NCBI GenBank assembly: GCA_036172245.1
Contig: JAYWIR010000025.1
Span: 806,001-870,000, forward strand
Reading direction: 5' to 3'
Length of the DNA: 64,000 nt
From: Raillietiella orientalis
Lineage: Eukaryota
Notes under the pieces: model-generated
Told to the model about the DNA's origin: nothing
Database searches by the model: none
Seen by the model: the letters and a program-made list of their open reading frames with translations, nothing else
In this document: one piece after another, positions 53,702 to 64,000 of the stretch
How positions within the stretch are numbered: the first letter of the stretch is position 1
Layout: every line of letters begins with the position of its first letter
Position numbers and translations under genes: made by a program

Positions 53702-56700
53702 AGACGTTTATTTTTTTTATATATAAAGCCCCGGAGTGACCAGGTGTCAACCAGTGCCGCACCTGAAGCCTACAGTCCAACCAGCGTGAACTCGCGGGGG
53801 AAACTCGAGACCCACGATGCACCCATTTCTCAGCATCAAACCTCCACGTGGGGATTCGCAATGCTTGGCACCACGCGCGGAGACCTCAGCCACACTTCCT
53901 CCAGTGCAGGAGTTTTGAAAGAGGGGTAGGTGTCTTGAATCCCCGAAAAGTGCAGACAACGAAATTTATGCACTGATGGGTAAGGCATCAAAGAAGAAAG
54001 GGATCCTGAATGTTTGTGGATCCAAACAACTGAAATGAAAAATCGCAGCCGACATCTTGCAATTTGAAGATAAGAACCAACCCGGAGCCAAGCATGCAAA
54101 ACCCATCTTGGTGATATACGAAATTCATGTAGTACAAAGAACCTCCAGTACACGATCTACATTTTCCACCATTTTTGTTAGTAATGTGTCCATGAATGAT
54201 CAGTGAAGTCAGTTGCTCTTTCAGTTCGAATGCAAACTAAACTCTTCATGTTCCGGTCCGCATTCAGCGTATGGAATTCATACATATTCTTGAAAGGTTC
54301 CGGCTACTTTTATTTTCTGAGAGAGCAATGACAAGGGATGACATCTTCGATTTTGTATCTGTCCCAAGTCTGAAGAGAGAGCAATTTCTTTGAGCGTGGA
54401 GGCACACCTGAAGTTCCTAGGAAGAGTTCAAGGCTCCTGGAAAAGCTCTTACAGTGTTTTTCCCTCATACACGCCGTGGTGAATTCTTTCCGCTCCGTCC
54501 GTTCTACCGAGGCCCGAAATCGTTCAAACATCCAACGGACTGTTGCTTGTATCGACGGAAGGAGTAGAACATGCCGAAGAAGTTAAGCAAGCTTTGCATC
54601 CGTTCTCTTTTCGGCTCTTTCGAAGAGAAACCACGCTCTGAAGCCGGAAACTGCGCATCATGAGCTCAGATTTCAAAACAAGGTACGAAGTCTCGGAGAC
54701 TCTAGGCATAGTCTGAGACACGACTGCTGTCGGTGCGTTAGTTCATTACAGCGTACCACATGCTCACCGTAGTGTTGGGGGAGACATCAACACACGAGCC
54801 TCCTTCGACTCATCCATCATGACCACAGTCATTCTGAGAGGGTTTAAAATTCTCAGAGGGTAGGTATATTAGCGTCGGAACAGCTGAAGTGGGTCTTCCG
54901 CGGCAGAAAGTCGAGCTCTTCTTGGAGACTACTCTGCTGATGTCCACGCGAGGACGGTCTCTTTTTCACTGGTCTGCTTACTTCACAGCACCCAGATCAG
55001 AAGACCATAGCTCGCTCCAAGCAACATTATGGCTTGGTTTGGAACATTTTCAGCAGAAAGAATAACGCCTTAGTTTCGCGGACTACAGATTTGTACACGA
55101 GGCTTGACTGAAGCTCCTGTTTGTCACATCCTAAAGCAGTGCATCAGGAGCCACGTAATGGTCATTGAACGACACGATGGAGTAGGGGAGCACGCCAACA
55201 GGCTACTCTCGAACAATGAGTTCAGGTTGCTTTCAAACAACTCAATCCTGGAGCAGACAGCAGTCTGAGACCAGATTTGGTGCCCCACCATGCCCCGAAA
55301 GGAGTCCGGACTAGAGCTGAGGCCATCGTAGTAGAAATAGAGAAGTCCGGGAAACGAAGACGTGTGGTGAGGACGCTGGAGATCTTCCTCCAAAGCAAGC
55401 CGACACCGGTAGGAAGTGGATGGTCTGCACAAGCATCCAGTGTTCGAGGGACGTGCTGTAAGCACCGAACAGACCAGATCACGCCCTTTCTTTCCAAAGC
55501 TTCTCCCGGTAAAAGAGACAAGGCGAGCAGCTAGGCCGAACAGATGGTGAGGTGGCTCCAAGTCAGTCACTTGCGCCTGTCACGGGACGTTATGTTACGT
55601 CCTAAGGAATTTTGAATTAAGGATGCACTCTCGTAACGCACCCATTCTGGGCGGAGATCAGGCGGCAACTGCCAGTTTTCTGTGCGCCAGTTTTGTTGCT
55701 AAACTGTCCCACGAAGTTTTTTCTCTGATCAGGGGTGCATCTGCATCAAGTGTCGGGACGAACAACGTTCCTAAGAGGGAATTTTCAGATATTGCTGACA
55801 TCTGCTAAAAATGCCATCATGAATTTCGCTACTGTCGTTTGCACCACCATCAACTTTCGGTTTTGCACCACTCCTGGTGGAGTAAAGAGCAAGGATCAGA
55901 ATTGTCATTAGGGCGTATGGTACGGAGTTATTGGTCAGGCGACGTGAGTGATAGTATCGGCTTAGTTCGCATCCGTTCTGGACATTGGTCTGGAGACCTG
56001 GGTATTCTTGCTGCCTCCACGTGTCTTTCCTCTATGCCAGTTTGCTTCTGATAGCATACGATCGATGAAAAGCAACAAATGATATCCTGTCTCTTAATCT
56101 TCTTCCTTCAAGCAATCAGACCTTGCTGTTCCTGACCGAGGAACAGCAGATAACTGGAAATCCACAGAGACTGCACGCACAACGCAGAGTCATTTTCCCA
56201 TTGAAGTTATTGGAACTGTCGCTTCTTTAAGAAAGAACCCATCACTATTCCCTTCATTTCACCATCCAGAAGATCTAGGAGAGCTGCTAGATGATGAATT
56301 GTGCAAATGTTGCGCAAATGGTTAAAATCTTATTCTTGAGGTTGTGCAAGCGATTAGAATCTTATTCGTGACTGTTTTCGAGAGTCTTCCTACATTTCCC
56401 AGTCGACTTACATTAAAGCTCAGAAGATTTTCCTTACTGCCTGTGCAACTATGGGTGTGGCTTCTGCTTTCGATGTTGGTTTCGACTCATCTCCATGCTT
56501 AAGGAACGTTCGGCCTTATGGTTTTCCCGTTGGAGGACTACAGCCCGGAAATACCAGAATCTCATAATGATCAAAGTTGAGAAAGTGGTCCCCATGAAAT
56601 TTCCTCCTCCTGTGAATGATGCAACAAGCAGAAGATTCGTGCAACATTCACAGAATTCGTGTTGTTCCCGTGAACTTTGAAAGAGAGTGTTTTCGGAATG

Positions 56701-57159
56701 AGAATGGTCCGACGCTCTGCAAGATTTCCGTGGGTCCTGCTGCACTCCTACGAGCAAATGGGGGCTTGGGATGGAATGCGATTCCCAAGCATTAGAAGGG
56801 GCTCCTTTCAGGAGCTTTTGAAAACAGGCATTAGGCCTCACGTGAAACCAGGAAAGAATTTTCTGGTTTAGTGCTGATGGAAGTGGCGGATTGCTTGCGA
56901 TGCATGGCTTTTGAACTGGTTGAAGCAGTCTGTAGATTCGCAGCGACTCGGTTGTCAGACAATCATCTTTGATGATGATTCCGTCGTTTGAATTCGTAGC
57001 GGTTTCTTGTCGAGTCTGCTTGATTCAGATCATCTCTATTCTCCTTTAATCATGCACAGAATCTGTGTAGAAACGCAAGACGCAATCGGCTGGAGTTGTT
57101 AAAAATCATCATTCACCACCTTCGTCATCCAAATGGAACGTTGGAAAAAAGATGCATAT

Positions 57160-57305
57160 TCCATCATCAACATTATTGCACATTCATTACTGTTATTGCA
57201 CTATAACCGGTTATTCTTATCATTATCGTCATTATATTTATTACTGTGGCTACTACTATCAGCACTACCTCTATTATCGTTCACCTTCATTCCTCACTAT
57301 CATTT
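57160..57305 (+). repeat. Degenerate trinucleotide (ATC/ATT/ACT)n low-complexity tract
   Basis: catcatcaacattattgca...ttatcattatcgtcattat...tactactatc. Confidence 0.55.
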
Positions 57306-58397
57306 AAAATGACTATCAGATGACACTTGGGCGAAATATTCTAGGGATTCTCAAAATTAATTAGAAGATTCTCTTGTGTTCGACACACTCACAATCTCTT
57401 CCAGCACGTTGCAACTCCCTGTTCATAACCAGGGAAACATCCATCAAGTCTTTTTCGGAACTTCGGACCAAGGCCAGTCCATGTTTTGAGTAGCAGACTG
57501 GAACTCAACTGCCACATCTTGCACAAAAGCGACAAGCATTCTCAAGCAGCCTCGGTGTCAAAGAAGTGATCTGCATTCGAATGCAAATCGCAAACAGCCT
57601 TTTTTCTCACCTGAACATCCCGATGCAAAGAGGCTATCGCTTCTCGGCCTTTTGGCTAAGATCAGGGAGTGGCGAGTATCCCGTCTCACAACGGATGAGA
57701 ACGCTTTTTTTTTTGCCTGGTTACCAGGGCCTTCGAAGCGCTCGAAAACTATGTGAGTTCAGATCCAGATTCCAATTTCGCCCTCAAGGAAACACACGGA
57801 TAAAGACAGGGAGCAGGAAAAATGGATCAGTAATATCGTGGTTCAGGAAGGATTCAGCAAACTGGAGAATTCCGTTTGGGAGGCTCTTATCGGAATGCTC
57901 CGCAGAGGAAGGAGACGAAGCGTCGATTCCGTTTCAAGAATCCCGGAACTCCAGACTGGCGGTGGGCTCTACGGGAGCGCTCACTGCTCGCGTGTTCGCG
58001 GCGAGGTAGCATTCCGAGTCTTCGATTTCACGAGGGCAGAACCGGGACGGACTTCGAAACAGGTCAGATGAAGATCACCAACTCATTCAGAGGAGATTCC
58101 TCCGCATCCTGCAGGCGGAGGAAAACAGGGTTTTCCTCACTGCCGGGCAAACAGCATCCACATCCAGTGGAAACACTTCACGTCTCTTATCATAGGAACG
58201 ACCGCATTTCAGCTTTGGGTGCCCCGTGAGCAGTGCGGTCAGTTCGGGATGCGCGAATTTCGCCTCCGGGAAACCCATCATTCAGCAACCGTCGCGCCCG
58301 ACTCGGAAGCTCCAACGCAGACTCGGTTGCTGTACTCCCTCTTGCCTAGTGTTGCCCTTCGTCCTGTCTCTGGGCACTGCCTCACGTGGATTGTTGG

Positions 58398-58433
58398 CGT
58401 GGGTGCGAATGCTTTCCAGCATTCGCACCCACG
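58398..58433. repeat. Perfect 16-bp inverted repeat with a 4-nt loop
   Basis: cgtgggtgcgaatgct-ttcc-agcattcgcacccacg. Confidence 0.9.
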
Positions 58434-61400
58434 GACAAGTGGACAGATTCTTGACCTTCTTCTCATTTACTTTTCCGTAAATTCTGCTGTGATAGGGATG
58501 GATGTGCAAACAAGACGTGCCGAAGGTGTGCAGCCTCTGGCGAGGAAGGGATCGCTCGCATGCCACCTGGATCGTTGCATCCGCAGCCCATCCTCCCATC
58601 TTGCGGAGGTGCGACAACGAGATGGTAGCGGGTAACACAAGAGAGATGCTCGGAAGAACCGACAGTTGGGGGCCAGAACTCCTGGCGTCGATCCCCCCCC
58701 CTTCCCCACTCAGACTGGACCCGCTGCCTCAAGGAGAAGGACAGGGCGCGCCGTCATGCTGAGCTTCCACTGCTCCTCCACCGAAGGCTTCTCCCAGAGG
58801 CTCTGCAGGATCTTAGACACAGGAAGGAAACAGAAAACGGCAAGAGAACCGCCGCTGGGCCCTGATTGTCGCAGGGTGCGTAGGATCCCGGGACGCAGGG
58901 GGACGATGTGGAGCGAAGAGAGGTCGGGGTGCTGCGGCACCAGGAGGTTAGGAAACGCCGGCGTGTTTCTCTCACCCCGTTCTCCACCGGCGTCTTCTGG
59001 AACGCTCTCTTGGGACATGGTCGGTGCAGAAGGAAACACCTCGCGGATGGCGCTTCTGCCCTCGGCCGGTCGGCGGAACTCATGAAAAGGTGAAGGGAGA
59101 GATGGCGCGTTCTCTCTTTAGGTTTCAAAGTCTTCCACATGCCGTAACGATCCCAATGGAGGCAGAGGGGTCGCTCGAAGCTTGGTCTCCCCAGCTCTTC
59201 CTGTTCCCCCAGCCATCTGGCCTGTGCCTTTTGCTCTGAGTTTCGAGTCCGAAGCTCGCCATAACTATCCAGAAAACGAAAAAGAAACAAAGCAGTCCCC
59301 TGTGCTATCGCTTCTTGAACTTTGGATCTCGTCCAAAACACTCCAGGGAAGAAGGACGCTCGGTGGTCCGAGAACGGGTTGAACTGCCTCCAAGATCTCT
59401 GTATTGCGTATTCTTGCAGGGTGGCGCTGCAGCATTCCCCTGACTCACGGGGTCGAATGCGATGGGAGTGATCCCTTTAGCGGGAGCCGACAAAGAGGAG
59501 CAGCTGCTATAGAGCCCACATTGCACGCTTCCGCTCTTGGAGCACAGGCATTCCACAGGGCTCAGACGGGCTCAGCTCAGAATTCCAAGGCGCGTGGAGC
59601 TGGAAAGAGGAACCGTCCACCTGGTTCTTCCCAGTAGAGACATGGGCTACAGTGATTGGAGGAGGTTCCTCAAGCGCTGCCGTGGCAGCAAAGGTCGGAT
59701 CGCTCCGAGCGCCGCTCAGCAGGAAAATCTCCGTCCTCTCTCTGTCCAAGCGGCCGAAAACGACCGACTGGCGTGCACATTAAGACCTCTCCTAGTCATC
59801 ATCAAACGCGGAAGCCCTGCGTTCCCAGCTTCCTTGCAACAGTTCGCGGCTTCAGTCCTAATTCTGAGGGTCACCTCCCAATGCCCAGTGTGACCAGGTC
59901 AGCGAAGAGAGTTCCTGCATTGTTCGCCAATGCTCTCCATGGTAGGAGTGGCGAGCATTAAAGAATGCAGATTGAATGGGACACCACGCTGGAGATCTCC
60001 CAATCGGTCTAATCCGAGAGTGGCTGCAAAGCTGATGAGAATCATGTAACCCTCCAGATTTTCCAGGTAACTGGGCGTCGCTTGCCCTAGCAAGCATTCA
60101 TCAGAGGCTCTGGAAGACAACAAGAGCAGGCACGGGGGAGTGGCTCTCCACTTTGGCCTTCGATGGGATGTGCCCACGGCCACAAGAGCGATGTTCGCAA
60201 GAGGTCCACGAGGTTTTCGGATCTGGAAGAGTATCGCGGGAACCGAAGATTCCGAAGCGTCAGGCTGGCAAAGGAATGAAGTTCTCGAGAAGATCTGGTG
60301 CTACAGGGACACGCGCCGGAAGCATGGAACGGGTCACTTCCCTGAACGAAAGAACTCTCGAGAATCACGCAACCTGGAGGTGAAAATCCCCTTCTTCCTT
60401 TCCTCTTCACTTGTCCACATGGGACCTTTCTCGACACGATGCAGCCAGCCAGACGGGGAGGCGCATCCCGTTTTCTCCATGCCGCGTTTTCCTCCCATGC
60501 CACGGACGAGAGACTCTGCAGTCACCCACGAGGCCCGAGCGAAGGCGATTCCCGAAAGATGCGTGCGAACTTGGACGTAGGGTTCCAGATGAGGTGGAAG
60601 AAGATTTCATCATCTCTCGTGCACTCTCATCGGTCTCGGAAAAACGCTGATGTAGGTAGGAATAGGGCAGGAAATGGGGGCCAGCGGCTCTGAGCGTTCT
60701 GATTGGTGGCCGGGAGACCTCACCACGCAAGGGCCCAACTTCCCGAGCCCCGGATTTCATGATCGTCCCACGAATTGCACGGTTTTCAGGAACGGAGGAA
60801 AATTCGATTTTGAAATTTCAGTTGAGGTCGGGAATTTTTTTTTTTTCTTTCCTTCCGAGACACTCAGAGAAGGTCAAGACGTACGTTGTGGGATGCTTTT
60901 CGAGTTTCGCTAAGCAGGAAGCGCGAGGAATGGAAGGTACCAGCGGGATGTGCGGAGGAGGCACTTCGCTGTTGATTCCCGAGAGCTCCATTGACCACGA
61001 CGTGATCTGGGCTGGCTCAAGAGATTCCTCCAGGCAATCCTGATGCAGAGGACGGCCCAGGCTACGGGCGCTCCCTCGCCATACTGAAGACATGACGAGA
61101 TTCGAAATTCTGTCGGAATGAATTCGAAGGAGATAGAAAGACTGCAGGAGCACATCTGCATTAGGTGCGCTCCAGCACCCGAAGAAGATGGATGTGGTGG
61201 GAAACAGTTCAGTGGACCCAGGAATCCAAGGAAAGAATGGAAGAGGAAGAATGGGTACTCACAACGATGTGGAGAAGAAAGGAAGCTGTTTTTGTCTTCT
61301 GATCGAGTATAAAGGCCTGGATTGAACTCGGCAATGGGTGTTTTTTTTTCCTGTTCCCGTAACGTGCAACCAACAGAAGGAATGGGAGTAGCAGTGGCTC

Positions 61401-64000
61401 CTAGACGTCCAACTCTGGGAGGGAGTATGAGAGAGATGATTTTCTTCTACAACCACGCATGTGGCGAAATCTCGAAAAACTTGATGGAGTCGCACAGGAA
61501 TGTGCCTGTCCACATCCCTCATTATCATAACAACTCCCTCTCCCCCGTCCCCAGGAATTGGATCACTCAATCGAGCGAAGATCCAAACGCTCGCCCATCG
61601 CATGCATCCGTTTGACCGGAAGTCACCTCGAGACCTCTGCGACATGGCATCACAGTGCGACCCGGTGTATGGGAGGAGGCGTGGAAATCCCTAACATCAT
61701 GTCCTGCAGGAAAGAGGTGTTTTGACTGATATTTTCTATTTTCCTTCTTGTTCTTCTAACCAAAAAGCGCGCCGTTCCTCTTTTCGGTCAGGTCAGCCAC
61801 GGAGGAATTTCCCAGTATCCGGCTTTTCTTGGGCATGCAGAGGAAGGCGAAGAATCTTTGCTGAAAAGGATGCTGGAGAACTGTCTCCGCCGTTTCCGTC
61901 CTGATTATTACACCAAAAAGACGGGAAAGGAAGTTGCGTTGGCAAGACTGGAGGAAGTCACGGTCACGTAACTGGGAACTGTCGGCACACTTCTCTGGTT
62001 GAGGAAAGCCGTTCCCATCACATGGAAGTAGGATTCTGGCATTTCCACGTTCGGAACACCAGGAAATCGGTGATCCATGTGCGCTCTTTGTTGAGGAGTC
62101 CCAATCCATTTCTTATCAGAGAGAACGACTCCCGTTTCTTGAAAGCACATCTGCGTGCCCCCCTTCCCATTCTCCTCCCCTTTCCTGCTTTCCAATAGAA
62201 GAATTTTCTCGTACCGAGGAGAGGGTTCAAAGAGATGAACCGGGAATGTGGTTCTCGGATTTGCGGATCCAATTCCTATTTGCTTGGCCAGCGTGCTTTT
62301 TGATCCAGATTCCTGTTCCCTTAGGATTTCTTCCTGAAAGGGCATTCTTCTGGGTCATCTGGGTCGCGGTGTGCCATTGAATTTTTCTCTCATCACCTAG
62401 TGTACCCAAATTGACTAAGGTTGAGGCTCAGCATAAGCCGTCGGCACTCTTCCGGGAATTTACCGAGACTGAATCTCTCATTCACTTCCGAAGAGCATGC
62501 GGTTCCCTCATCGCGAGGCGCTCGTGATTCGCGCGCCCATTGAATGAGAATCCCCTCAGATGGCACGCGTCAGTTTGGGGTTCCCCCTCGGCACACGCGT
62601 CCAGGCTCCTGTGACTTACCATGTCGGCTAGTTCGGGACGAAACACATGACCCGCCGTCTTCATCCGATTCCAGAGAAGTGAGAAAACTCTGTGCAAGGA
62701 TTTCAGGGCTTTCCCTGAACAGTGAAGCCACCAGATCTTGCCTTATGTGAATGGGAATGCTACCACTGGTACAATTATAGCATATACAAAGGATTAAGAG
62801 ACTGTGTGCCAGATGATAAATGTCACTGGCCACTGGAAGGCATCTAAAAACCGCCATCGCCGGCCCAAGTGGTTGGTGTTTGCACACAAAGCAAGTGCTC
62901 GCAGCTATTTGTGTTCCCTGAATGTGGACAGAGAAAAGCTGATTTTTAATTACACGATCCATTTGATGGTCTGTGGATATCCCGTTCAGCGAGCAGGCAC
63001 GGGTACCATCGCAATAAGTAATCCACCTTCCCGCGCGGTCTTCGGAATTTCGAACGGCAGCCGCCATCGATGCCAGTCTTTATTTTAATGAAATTTTTGG
63101 TGACTTCTGTGCTGAGAAGAAGGGCGCGCTTTCAGATGACCTACTTATGCTCCGTGTGTGCAGTCTGCAGCGGGTTCGGCTGAGAGAGCAAAGCAGATGG
63201 AGAATTTCAAAGTGATGCGATTCGAATCTCTCTCCCTGGAACAAGAAATAGCGTAGTATGGATTTCATCCATCACAAGCAGGAAGGGTCACTGCGTCCCC
63301 TAAGGTCTTCACTTTATTCATTGAGATGAGCAGATTGAGGAGATGAGGTTCCCTGACAACACCTCGCACGGATGGCATCAGTTTCTTCCCTGAGCTCCGT
63401 CTTTTCGGCCTCGTCGATTCAGTCTAACAAAACACTTTCGTTCCAGTTGCTGCCACTCGCCATCGCGAATCAAAAGGGAACTTGCGTTCCCTGATCAAGA
63501 GGTAACTCCTGGATGCGTTCAGGTCAAGGCATCCTCAAGCACATGCTAAGCGAAACACGTTGATTCGCTTCCGTCTTGGTGGGTTTTTGTCTCTTTGCAC
63601 CCTCCAGTTTGCCATCCTCGGTTCGTCCGCTCACGTATGCTCCTGGAGAGAATGCCTTCATCCACGGAGCAGCGCTCAACAGTGCGGAGGGAAAGAACAG
63701 GAAGAATCCACAGCTTCAGCGTGCTTCTTCCTTTGCACATTTCATTTGCGGAATTCTATTTTTGTGAAAAAGCATTGGTAATAATTTTCAGGAAAGGCTG
63801 TCTCGGGTAAGGTTCTTGTCATCCACGATATTTCTTCGGAATTTTAATTTTCCACACGTGCAAAAATAAAATAAAGAGGACGCGATTTTTTTTTTTTTTG
63901 CTGGTGGAGAGGGAAAATCAATTCGCAGATCCTTAGAGATGTGAGTGTAAATGTAGCCTTATAAAGTTATTTTTTCTCTGAACTAGAGCTGTTCGTGCTG

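Noticed and set aside
53112..53861. 249-aa minus-strand ORF
   Set aside because: Antisense to the LINE-like remnant, GC-rich, with no recognisable motif.

Overview
Eukaryotic, intron-containing genomic DNA from an invertebrate, most likely an arthropod (judged from the troponin I and furin-1 sequences). No prokaryotic features are present. Five multi-exon genes were spliced by hand into complete proteins: cathepsin D-like aspartic protease (+, 2115-3744), Tudor-SN/SND1 (+, 11700-15304), the ER SNARE USE1 (-, 15377-17404), furin-1-like convertase (+, 23533-38400) and troponin I (-, 40945-49583, with a pair of mutually exclusive exons). There is also an intronless, divergent torsin-interacting (LAP1/LULL1-like) ORF (-, 19993-21021) that appears to have Lys at the arginine-finger position. 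Notable traits: very short (42-55 nt) introns with purine-rich acceptors; SND1 and USE1 stop codons only 72 nt apart; a cathepsin D without the polyproline loop; and a switch from CpG-poor to CpG-rich DNA near 38.7 kb. Intergenic DNA is largely decayed coding-like sequence, including a LINE 3' remnant. All calls were made by eye, without database searches.
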